The notes under the pieces are model-generated. The model made no database searches. It was given only the letters and a program-made list of their open reading frames with translations, and was not told where the DNA came from. Both the position numbers and the translations under genes were made by a program. DNA of 61,855 bases, filler included, from Basidiobolus ranarum (taxonomy: Eukaryota), in assembly GCA_040143965.1 (NCBI GenBank). It is 14 parts of 14 records of this genome, joined end to end, with 100 filler letters (N's around TTAATTAATTAA, not from the genome) between each part and the next. Parts side by side here need not be neighbours in the genome. Positions count along the whole stretch, not along the records: positions 48,707 to 53,026 come from JASJQH010008890.1; positions 53,127 to 57,442 come from JASJQH010008891.1; positions 57,543 to 61,855 come from JASJQH010008892.1; 11 more parts are not named here. One strand, 5' to 3'. Positions within the stretch are counted from its first letter, which is position 1. Each line of letters opens with the position of its first letter. Positions 50,738 to 61,127 of this stretch are shown one piece after another.

Positions 50738-50806
50738 TGACCTGATATGGCCTTATTCCCTGACAGATTCGAATTTCTTTTCAACAATTCATCTAGCGTT
50801 CTAAAA

Positions 50807-51505
50807 ATGCATCTCCAAATTACTCTTACTAATGCCTTCATGTTTGCTTCCCTCGCTTATGCATCTGATGCTAAGCCAATTACACCTACTGAGCATGTTA
50901 CTCTAACCACAGCCGCGACCTTCCCAGCAAGTGACAACATGATATTTGCGACTGGTACCGACTACTTTATTCCCGATTCCATGTTGGATGAAGATATTGT
51001 GCTCACTCCCGAAGAATCCCAGTTTCGTCGTATCAACCTTGGAAAAATATTTGCTCGCCTATCCAAGTCTACTCCTGGTAAAATAAGGAAGCTCAGGCCA
51101 TTCAGGCTTGAAGGAACTGGTTCACTCATGACAAGTATGAATCCTGAAATGGATGTACAAGATACAAATACTCCAGTTAACTCTGATACCGTCATCGCAC
51201 CTAATACAGACGAGTTTGAGGATGCTAATGTTGACAATGGTGCTAGTGAAGAAGGAAATGCGGATTTAGATACTTCTCCGGAAGAAACAGAGTTGCGACG
51301 TGGAGGACGCGGTCGAAGTGGACGCGGACGTGGTCGCTTTGGAAGAGGCCGAGGACGTTTTAGTCGTGGCCGGTTTGGCAGAGGTAGAAGATTCGGTCGT
51401 TTTGGTGGTCGCAGATTTGGTAGGTTTGGCAGATTCGGGAGATTTGGTGGTTGTGGATCCGGATGGTACGATGACTGTGGGGGAGATGATTGTGGAGATT
51501 GCTAG
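50807..51505 (+). CDS. Secreted Kex2-type precursor with two cationic peptides (paralog 2, intact, 232 aa)
   Basis: Start MHLQITLTNAFMFASLAYA chosen by homology with paralog 3 and by TATAAA at 50731. Acidic pro-regions end TPEESQFRR and SPEETELRR. C-terminal G/R/F repeat plus CGSGWYDDCGGDDCGDC. AATAAA at 51604. Confidence 0.87.
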   Translation: MHLQITLTNAFMFASLAYASDAKPITPTEHVTLTTAATFPASDNMIFATGTDYFIPDSMLDEDIVLTPEESQFRRINLGKIFARLSKSTPGKIRKLRPFRLEGTGSLMTSMNPEMDVQDTNTPVNSDTVIAPNTDEFEDANVDNGASEEGNADLDTSPEETELRRGGRGRSGRGRGRFGRGRGRFSRGRFGRGRRFGRFGGRRFGRFGRFGRFGGCGSGWYDDCGGDDCGDC

Positions 51506-52544
51506 TCCAAATGATTCCAAAAAAAGAAAATTCTTAATAGCTCTCGCAAATCTGTTTATATCAACTCTCTCATCCTTATCACCCTCTTCCTGTTGACTAA
51601 TCCAATAAAACGGCTTTGTTTACAAGATAATTCTGCACTATTGCAAAATCTTAGTACAATAGTTTCTTTGTCTCGCAAGCAGAACCAAAAAAATTAACAA
51701 AGTAAATACTTTATGTCGTCACTGACTGAAATCTGCATAAGCTCTGTATTAGACAGGCATTATGCCGTGCGCACTTAAATTGATATTTTAGCAAGATAAT
51801 AATGCATTTTCAATTTACTAAATATTACATAAAGCATCATAGAAGGAATTAGAATATTCAGTAAACTTCGGATATGAAGTAAAATATCCAAAGGATTAGT
51901 AGTACGATTTCTCATACTGAAGCGGTGTAAATAACACGATACAGACATTCGCACGGCTATAAAAATTCTCGGTTTCTAAATATGCATAGTTTAGATTTGT
52001 TTTTCTATAATCCATCAGCCACTTCAAAGATGTATCTTCAGCGACACTTTCTTGTTTGCCTCCCGAACTAATGCATCCGATACTAAGAACAAGAGCTGTA
52101 ATAATTGTATTCTTGGAAAATATGTGAAGAAAAATTGCTCAGGAAGTACTTAATGCTATATTCCTGTATGTCATTTTGATTATTCGATATTGGTAGCGGT
52201 TTGTATAGCTTTTGTTGGATAACAAGAGTTCGTTTATCCAATACAGAAGCCAGTTATAAGTCTCTAATTAAGCTAACTCAGTATCTTGATGCAAATATTT
52301 CTTCATTGGTAAATGTAGTCATCCTTCCAACATTAAGCTTTTCATCGCGATTCCATCTTGATCGTAGTTCAGATGACATATCCACGCACTATTTATTAAA
52401 CTCATACTCGTATACCAGGAGTGAATGCTCAATTCTGAGTATTGCCATTTCAGAAGATTATCTTGTCCGTATAAAAGGACCGTGTATTACCCTCCTGTTC
52501 AATAGTTCGATTTGCTCTTCAACAACTCATCTATTGTTACGAAG

Positions 52545-53026
52545 ATGTTCCTACAAATTACCCTTATCAACGCTATCTTGTTTGCCTCTCTCACAAATGC
52601 ATCTGATACTAAGCTAAGTCCACTTATTGAGAATCGTTCTCCAACTATAGCTACTACCTTCCCAACAAGTGCGAATATGATGCTTGAGACTGGTACCGAC
52701 CTCTTTATTCCTGGTTTCATGTTGGAAGAGGAGGTTGAGCTCACTCCCGAAGAGTCTCAGTTGCATCGTGTTAACCTTAGAAAAATATTTTCCCGTTTGT
52801 CTAAGATCACTCCTGATAAGATAAGGATATCCAGTGGATCTAAGTTTCATAAACCTGCTAAACTTATAGCAACGATAACTCCTGAAACTGGTGATCGAGA
52901 TACGAATACTTCAATTACCTCTGCTAGTGCTATCGCCCCTGATTCAGAAAAAGTTGACGACACAGAATATAGTGCTGATGACGATACAAATACAGATTTA
53001 GATACTTCTCATGAAGAAACCGAGTT
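52545..53026 (+). CDS. Secreted peptide precursor paralog 3, 3'-truncated by the contig end
   Basis: MFLQITLINAILFASLTNA...LTPEESQLHRVNLRKIFSRLSK...DTSHEETE. TATAAAA at 52470, 75 nt before the ATG (76 nt in paralog 2). Confidence 0.85.
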
Positions 53027-53404
53027 NNNNNNNNNNNNNNNNNNNNNNNNNNNNNNNNNNNNNNNNNNNNTTAATTAATTAANNNNNNNNNNNNNNNNNN
53101 NNNNNNNNNNNNNNNNNNNNNNNNNNTCAGTAATTTGTAAGTTACAAACTAGGGGATGAACTTACTTTGTCAGTTACCCAAAATTGTAATTCCGTAATAC
53201 TAAATTGGGTAACTTGGTACGGGCTGGCATGATATCTCCAAAAAAATCATTGTGTCCAATTGTGGTAGGATAGTGCCATATTGTTCCTTATAGTGTCCGA
53301 TCAAGTGTTATAGGACCCAGCCATGGTAATTGACAGATTGCGCCAGAGGGTGTACTAGCAGGCTGGATCGAGCAGCACAATCTGACCTGGTCCGATGGAA
53401 CAAG

Positions 53405-54493
53405 TCTCATATGGCCTGTTTTTTTGCAATACTTGCTGATGGTTAATTTTCATTATAGGCATCATTATTGAAGCTGGTTGGATGTTTTACAGCTCCAAAA
53501 ATGCCTGTTCTGCACTATTTTGCTTAGAATGAGATCTCATAAATTTTTCATTCAAGAGCCTAGCATCAAGATATTCCATTGTAATGGACTGTGATTTTGA
53601 TTCTATGGCAATTATGAGGTTGCCAAAATTGTCCGGCAGGCTTCCAAACAGTGTCATGGCTAAGTCATCTTCACATAAAGGTGCTGCTATATATGACAAC
53701 TAATATGACATAGTTTTCATCCAATATCTATGATTAAACTTTGAATAATCAGAATTCATCTAAATTGAGAATAATTTTTGAGCAGGAGATAGCCTTTTGG
53801 CCAAACTTTTAGTCTCACATAGTGCCTCAAGTGTTTCCCAAGCATTTTGCATGTTGTTTGCTGATTGTATGTGCCTTAATTAAGAGTCCATGAGATGTAG
53901 ACAAAGTGTGGAGATTGCTTTCCTCTGCTTCTTGTAAAAGGCAAGCATAGCTTCTGGTGGTCCCTTTGGCTCTGTTTCCTCTCCTGTGATATATCACCAA
54001 AGATCCTTGTCTTCTAGCACCATTTGTATCTTGAACTTCAAAGAATGAAAGTCTGCACCAACAAACTTCTCTGTGGATGCAAAAACATTGGTAATAGTAC
54101 TGGTGGACATTCCTTGAGCAGCTAGCTTGGGGCCCATGACCTGATGAATATTTTTAGAGGATTTGGAAGTGTTTTAGACAAGATTAGAATTTGTAAATTT
54201 GACACTTACATTTTATTGAATTGAATATGTTCTACTTATGGCTTACTATGAAATAGGACTATTGGATGTGCCTCAATCATAACAAATATGACTGTTAAGT
54301 GTGTGTGAACATGTGAGGTGATTTGGAGAAGTTTTGAGAAAAAAGTTAAAATAGGTAAAAGTGATCTAATTGATATTTCTGTCAATTAGAGCAATATACA
54401 TGTATTTTTGAATGGCCAAATTGAGTGCTCAATAATCAGAATATGAATAAACCAACTACTAAATAATGAGTTGCTATTAACCTAATTTCAACA
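53405..54493 (-). mobile_element. Copia family-B 5' LTR (54142-54493), PBS (54129-54141) and gag (from 54110)
   Basis: LTR TGTTGAAATTAGG...TTCATCA, then GGTCATGGGCCCC, then MSTSTITNVFASTEKF...SLPDNFGNLIIAIE...KYCKKTGH. Confidence 0.92.
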
Positions 54494-56199
54494 TTTTCAA
54501 GTAAAGATAAAGTAGAGAAACAGCTCACCATTTGGGCCACTAGTTTTGATTGTTGAGATGAAAGTTGGAGCTCACCAAACATATGCAGCTACAGAGCTTA
54601 TACCTCAATTTCCACAAGGCAATAATATCCTATAACCAGGATAGGTGAGGTATTAGATAAATATGTTAAATTAAAAATCTTGAGCAAAATATATCATGAT
54701 GTGACCAGTTGCAAGTGAGATCCTAATGTATAATCAAGACTGCTTGAAGCTCAAGGTATGGAGACTATTTATATCTTGCCATCAATTTTGAATTGCTAAG
54801 TTCACCAACCATTGTTTTGAGATTTGCAAAGAATATCTTACCAAGTATTATGGTCTTTCTCATGGTATTTACTAGCTGCAGTCCTAAAAGTGCTGAACAG
54901 AAAAATATGTCCAAGCTCATGAGAAGCCCTCTTGTCTATGTTGATTAAAATCCTCCATCATTCAATAATTATTAACACCTCTTTGAAATGATCACTTGGT
55001 CTAAGCCTAGCAGGAGTTGCCAGCTGCAAATCAAGTCACCTATTGTCTTCAATATGCACACTCATCTTGATGTGTTTCTACTTTCAACTTTATCAATCCA
55101 TGTTTATAGCTCATGAAGTTTTGACTCAATGGTGTGCTTTGTCAAAATACTGATCTTACCAATCATTCCTTCAGTAGTTAGTAGAGACTCAACCTGTCAT
55201 ATTACTGTTGTGAAAGGTGGTGCTGGACCTTATTGGCAGGCCCCAATGCATCTGGATTGCAGTTGGCACCATCTTTTTTCACTGTTGAGCATTTAGCTGT
55301 CTGCTAAGCTCTTGGTGCTGGTTTAAAGCAAGTTCCATATGTTTGCTGATGCTGTTAGTAAACTCTCTGGCTGAAAGAACTCTGACCAAAGTAGTTAGGT
55401 TTGTTTATTTCACACAGTTTGATACTGGAGAACACATTAAAGATGATGACCAAGGGACAGCATTTTTCTTAAGGAGTGAGTATACACTTGATCTAGTATT
55501 CAGGAATTGCCATTGGAGACTGTGTGGTTTATTACCATTTCTGCACCAATATTGACATGAGACTAGAGTAATAGATACAAGAAATTCATCAACACTAACA
55601 CCAATGCCATCTTCATATACAACCAAAGCAAAAGCTGGTACCCTATACTGTTGGAAGAGCATTGTATGCATCATAATGAAGCATGCAACAAAGGTGCAAA
55701 AGTATAACAAGCAACATCAAAGGCTCTAACTGAGTTTAGAGTTTCATCCTCCAATGAGCCACATGATGATATAACTCTTGATCCTGTACAATTAGGATAT
55801 TTGTAGTAATAGTGCCAAGAGGCCTGCATCCAAACAAGGCCTACAAACTCCAACCAGTGAGTAAGTACACTATACCCAATGTCTTAGTCTAACAGGAAAA
55901 AACAAGCTGAATTGTAGTTGTTGGTTAACAGCAATTTCTTACTAACTCAAAAACAGTGTGAATTAATTTTGAATCAAATCTTGAGCCCACAAGTGTAGCC
56001 TCCAGCTTCAAAAATGAAACTGTAATTTATACAAATTGGATGATGAAACTCCCTTTCAACAACATTTAAGATAAAAAAATACGTTGAGGAGCAATTCATA
56101 GACATAACACCTAGAACAATTTTAGCAATTTTTCCTATTTTCACAAAGCTTCTTGAAATTCCCTGATATTTTCACCAATGCTTTGCAGGCCTGTTTGCT

Positions 56200-56830
56200 A
56201 ACATCTTATCTTATTCAATAGCTCCATTTATTGGTAAACTATAAATAGGACTTATTCCACTCAGTGAATCATATGTGTCCATTGCAATATCAAATTCTTG
56301 TACAAAACATTTCTGTATCCCCTGAGCACTTTCATCAGATTATTAAAATTGCTCTAGAATTAAGATCTGAGCCATTAATTTTGGAATATTTTGCTGCTAT
56401 GCTCTTGAATAACAAATTGAGGTTGTGGAATTCTAAACAAAAGAATGCAGATCAGGCTTTTTTGAAACAAAAAACATCTAACAGGATTCTCTAATGGAGC
56501 CTTGAATAGGGAGCCTCTTGTCTGAATGTGTTGCAAGAAAGCAAGCCATTTAATTGAATTTTACAGAAAAAGAATTTTTTGCCAAAAGTTAAGATTGGAA
56601 CAAGCAAATCAAGTAAAAATGATATGGAAGATCTAATGCATGTGCCAAGCAGTATTTACTGAGCAAAACTCATAAGTGTGGCACTTTACTTCAGGAGCTT
56701 TCAAGCATATATCAAGCAAACAATATTAGTTTTAAGCTTAAACCAATCTAATTAAAGAAAGTCTAATTTGGAGATACCTGTGCACTAGATGCAGTAGGTA
56801 AGGCTAAGGTTTTGCTCAAATCTGATCAAA
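56200..56830 (+). mobile_element. Copia LTR-B and gag/protease fragments
   Basis: AACTATAAATAGGAC LTR segment. LEYFAAMLLNNKL...KQKNADQAFLK matches the gag at 53487-53699. Confidence 0.65.
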
Positions 56831-56849
56831 ACTTAGCAACACTAACTGC

Positions 56850-57442
56850 AGGATTGGCTCACTGAGTCCACTGTCTATGTTCTACCTCAAAGTTTTGATA
56901 ACAGTGCAGAAAGTTAAGATACTATGGAGTTACTGCACTTATATGACTAGAACAATATAGGTAGATATGCAACTTTGGTTGAAGCAGTAAATCCAGACAA
57001 CTTCAAGGAAATGCTGATACATGTTGAGCTTGGTTACTATAGTACTGCTGGTAGTTCATCAGAAGATGAAGAAAAAGGCAATGTTTTGCTTTAGACTCTA
57101 TGTTATTGGCATGCATTGGACTATTTGTAACACTTACACTAAAGGAAGCAGCTTTGCCTATTGAGGAGGGGAGAGTTGAATCCAATCTTAGCAACCAGGT
57201 GCTTATTGGTTTTCTTACACTTTTATCACAGTTGATTGGCAACTGTTGCTTGCCTCAAACCTGGTACAAGTGGAACACACTTGTCAATTATATCACTTAT
57301 AAATCTTCAGTAATTAAGCTACCTTCATGTACAAATGGTTGTTTGGCTTTCACCGGTGATCTGAAAAACCTGAAGTCATGTACTGTTTGCACACAATTGG
57401 CAATCACTGAATCAGGTAAATATCGTTCATATTTGGCTTACA
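56850..57442 (+). mobile_element. CACTA/EnSpm Tnp2-like transposase N-terminal region
   Basis: PSCTNGCLAFTGDLKNLKSCTVC...YRSYLAY matches the CxxxCxAFTG...CxxC motif of fungal Tnp2-like transposases. Confidence 0.75.
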
Positions 57443-58599
57443 NNNNNNNNNNNNNNNNNNNNNNNNNNNNNNNNNNNNNNNNNNNNTTAATTAATTAANN
57501 NNNNNNNNNNNNNNNNNNNNNNNNNNNNNNNNNNNNNNNNNNTATCCTCATGAGTCTTATTGTATATTTTCTTGCAGACTTCTGAAGGCATGAAGATATA
57601 GTATTCTCTCCAAAGCAGAGTTGAAAGTTGCTTCCACTTTTGTCTAATGCCCCCTTCCCCAGCTTCTGTCAACTTTATCAATAACTCCCATATATCCAAG
57701 CAAGAATTCATAGTGGATACCTGGGCATCTGTAAAATCATTAGGCGCACGCTGTTGAGACAATTGTTGGATGAATTCAAATCAGAGTGATCGCACTATTT
57801 AACGGAAGAAGAACAACGTAGATCCATGCGGGTTGAGGTGGAAATCCCGATTATTAGATGCATTCCCTCGTTCTTTACGCTCTTGATCTGCAAAAACGCA
57901 TGTGTTTATCTGTTTGTCTCTGGTGTTAATTTCAGTACATTGCTGCATAGTTGTTTATCTCGATTGTTATAGCCTTAAAATTTCAAGTGGAACCAGATTT
58001 TGAATTCGAATGTACTCGTAACTACAAATAAAATGATAGTAAAGCGAATAGCGATAGAGTTAACAATCATCGTATAGATTTTTCAGGCAGGGATAATGTC
58101 AATTCAGCTCATGTACTGTTAGGACAACAGCAAGTTGGTTAGTCCTCGAGCAAGCGTTACAACACAGAGTAAATTCTTCATAGTAATAGTAGATGATGCC
58201 AAGAATTCGTGACTGTCACTTTTATGAGATTTGTTGTGCATTAATCTCAGTAATCCGTTTTACTATCACGTATCCTTCAACTAACTTCTGCTACTAGTAT
58301 TAGCGATCTTAGTACACTCATTTAGATGAAACTCACTGAATACAACGGCAAAGAACCATACTGATTCCGTACTTATAATGATTGATAATCTGAAGTGTGG
58401 ATATACAAGTTTCTTTCAATTCTTTAATGCCAACTTTGCAATGTACACAATAGCGAACTCAATATCGACGTCTATACACTTAGTCAGGTCCTAGTCATAG
58501 AACTCAAGATAAATGGTAGTACTAAGTATGCGGAATTTAGGAACCCAGGACGTATCAATAAACTACGGTATTCCTAGAGTTACTCAATGAACAACAAAT

Positions 58600-59200
58600 A
58601 TTCAATGCATATATATACCGCCAAGACTTGGAATCAATGAGCAAAGGGTATCAATACTCTACATATTTATAGTGCCCAGACTCGACCGGCAGGAAAGTAG
58701 ATGTTTACATCGTTGATGCTGATATCAATGTTATGCATTCCGCCCAGTCTACCAGTCTCATCAATAACAAGACTATATTTGTCCATAATATCTACTGAAA
58801 GCAGGTTTTGAGAACCACTGGAGGAGAAATTTATGACTTAAACCGAAGTAAAAGGCTGGAAGGTTTCAAAGGTATTCAGAAGAAGTAGCACTTCAGAGAG
58901 AATTTATATCACCTATCAATTATCCAAAAGATCCGGTATGAATTAGTTAGTAAGCAGCTTGCCTGAGGAGATTCTGATTTGGAGTCAGACATGGCTCACT
59001 TACCAACCGCTGGAAATCTGATAGAGTATCAATGAAGAAATCTTTATCTTTGAAAAAATTAGAATGTTTTCACACTCATTCTACATTATTATTGGAACTG
59101 CAGCTTTTAATGCTATGAAATTACTGAACACCCTAGCAGGTGATGTGCTTGCAGCCATTATTCCAGTTATGAATCCAAATGGGGGCATATCTTCATGCAG
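58600..59200 (+). pseudogene. Degenerate subtilisin (S8, proteinase-K-like) relic
   Basis: TWNQ*...YL*CPDSTGRKVDVYIVDADINVMH (58660-58738) resembles YxYPDSAGxGVDVYIVDTGIxxxH. AMKLLNTLAGDVLAAI near 59110 resembles the AVKVL...DVLAGI segment. Stops are present and the DTG motif is broken. Confidence 0.5.
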
Positions 59201-59545
59201 GTTAAACATCCAAATGCTAGCTAAATAAATGTGATTTTGTTGCTAAATTAATGGAAGCAAATTTCTTGGTTGCTCTGTTAGAGTAAAATGTGTAGAGCAA
59301 AAAGATAACCAGGCAGTGAACTTGAACATAGCAGTGTTATGAATGCTACGAGAATGCACAGCTGGCATTTTGTAAGTAATATATACTGTACGTAGTAGCT
59401 AAGACGATCAATCTTCTTGATGTTGCTCGATGGTGTCAGTATAATAGGAAGGAGAAAACCAAGGGTCTAACTCTATTACACTGTTCATGTCCTTAAGCAT
59501 CATCGTCATAGGCTAGTTCGATAATCAGAAATTCCTGGATAGGAG

Positions 59546-59661
59546 GATTGATGTTTATTCTAAGTTAAAGTTAGAATGTCTGATTGATGTTTATTCTAAG
59601 TTAAAGTTAGAGTGTCTGATTGATGTTTATTCTAAGTTAAAGTTAGAATGTCTGATTGATG
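59546..59661. repeat. 36-bp tandem repeat x3.2
   Basis: Unit GATTGATGTTTATTCTAAGTTAAAGTTAGAATGTCT, one mismatch in copy 2, no spacers. Confidence 0.95.
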
Positions 59662-59951
59662 ACAATCAGCGTGAGAAATATTGCTCACCTACTGTGGTAC
59701 AAGATGCTTTTTTTAACCTCATTATTATAAAGATTACTAATCCTATCGGCTTTGCCTAATCTAGTAAATATATTGATTTCTATCTTATCAGATGTCATTA
59801 TGGCGAAGTAAAGAATACTTTTGAAGTATTTAGAATGGGTACAAGATTCTTGATATTAGAGCCGTAAACACTGGAATATTATTTCTCCAATAAACCCTGT
59901 ATTCATTAACTCGGATAAAATATCATGCACAATGAATCTATGGTATGCGTG

Positions 59952-59990
59952 ATATCTATTGACGCCATATCTATTGACGCCATATCTATT
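59952..59990. repeat. 15-bp tandem repeat x2.6
   Basis: ATATCTATTGACGCC twice, then ATATCTATT. Confidence 0.9.
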
Positions 59991-60170
59991 CCAAATCCGA
60001 GCTACTCTATGAATTTCTGCTCAGAGGCTATTCATGCATATCTATGGATTAGTTGTGACTATTTATTCCTTGTTTAGAAATAGTTTTGCTAGTACTTTCA
60101 CGTCATAAATATTCTCAATCATGGTATGGAGTGGGTGGAGGTATTGGGTCAGAGTAACACTGTTCATGAA

Positions 60171-61127
60171 TCATTCCTTAGCTTGATTCAACCATACAAC
60201 GTTCAAGGTGGACGTATGTGGTTTGGTAAATATTTCATTGTAGAGCTCGGGACGTCTGGCATTCCTGTACCGGAATCCACCGGCCAAACTCAATTTTTCT
60301 TTGACCAGAGTGCCGCAACAAATTTCATCCTCGAACGAACGGCATTCTGCCAAAATCTCACCAAACGGATCGAGTATCATGGAGTTACCACATTTGAGTT
60401 GATCATGATCCATTCCAATGGGGTTGGTAAATACAACATATACACCATTATCGTATGCTCTTGCAGGCAACCATCGCATTAACCATCCTCTTCCTTTAGG
60501 TCCATCGAATTCTTGGCGCAAAGGCATAGGATCTAACACTCGATTCTCCCATAGGGTGTGATCCACAAAGCCTCGACCTGGCATTGGTGATGGTGTGCAA
60601 CCCGTCACATGTGGCATAAAGATGATTTCAGCTCCTAGTAAAGTGGTTGCCCTCACATTTTCAATGACATTGTTGTCATAGCAAATCAAAATGCCGCATT
60701 TCCAACCCAGCAATTCAAAAGTCACATACTCATTACCAGCAGAAAGATATTGGCTAATGAAGGGATGGAGTTTACGATATTTAGCAACTAACTTGGAGCC
60801 TTGCACACAAACATAAGTGTTATAGATGTTCTCTTCCGAGTCTTTTTCGAATAAACCCGCCAAAATGGCGACTCCGGTTTTCGCTGAGATGTCCATTAGT
60901 CTCTGAATACTTGGGCCGGATGGTACAAATTCGGAGATACTTAAAAGTTCAGCTTTGGACAGATACTTGGCGAACGTATAGCCTTGAATGCAACACTCAT
61001 GAAAGCTGATAACTTGACATCCCTGGGATTGAGCCTGGATCGTTAATCGTTCAATAGTATCAAGATTTGGATCAGCTACCCCATTATAGGTTTGGAATTG
61101 GGTGGATGCGATTTTAAGAGTGGTCAT
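60171..61127 (-). CDS. Carbon-nitrogen hydrolase (nitrilase superfamily), intronless, 318 aa
   Basis: Glu-Lys-Cys triad in FHECCIQGY, YRKLHPF and ICYDN. Also ARAYDNG and GNSMILDPFG. Confidence 0.95.
   Translation of the reverse strand: MTTLKIASTQFQTYNGVADPNLDTIERLTIQAQSQGCQVISFHECCIQGYTFAKYLSKAELLSISEFVPSGPSIQRLMDISAKTGVAILAGLFEKDSEENIYNTYVCVQGSKLVAKYRKLHPFISQYLSAGNEYVTFELLGWKCGILICYDNNVIENVRATTLLGAEIIFMPHVTGCTPSPMPGRGFVDHTLWENRVLDPMPLRQEFDGPKGRGWLMRWLPARAYDNGVYVVFTNPIGMDHDQLKCGNSMILDPFGEILAECRSFEDEICCGTLVKEKLSLAGGFRYRNARRPELYNEIFTKPHTSTLNVVWLNQAKE

Noticed and set aside
50747-50806. Upstream ATG of the 252-aa ORF as the true start
   Set aside because: Only 16 nt after the TATA box, absent in paralog 3, and it would bury the signal peptide. 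ATG 50807 is preferred.
49920-51596. Ser/Thr/Ala-rich and Val/Asp/Ala-rich ORFs overlapping the GRF repeats
   Set aside because: Shadow frames of the Gly/Arg codon repeats. The signal peptide, TATA box and paralog conservation support the GRF frame.
4337-57542. Regularly spaced TTAATTAATTAA motif every ~4.4 kb as a biological repeat, and ORFs ending in X...LIN
   Set aside because: Synthetic six-frame stop linker embedded in N runs.
57543-57762. Possible Myb/SANT-like fragment (KWKQLSTLLW...EVCKKIY)
   Set aside because: Non-ATG start, upstream in-frame stop, truncated by the contig edge, and only a weak resemblance.
59546-59661. CRISPR array (36-bp palindromic repeat)
   Set aside because: Units are contiguous with no spacers, there are no cas genes, and the context is eukaryotic.
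8870-61127. NRPS + transporter + nitrilase + peroxiredoxin as one biosynthetic gene cluster
   Set aside because: They lie on different contigs joined by artificial spacers and ordered by size, so there is no linkage evidence.
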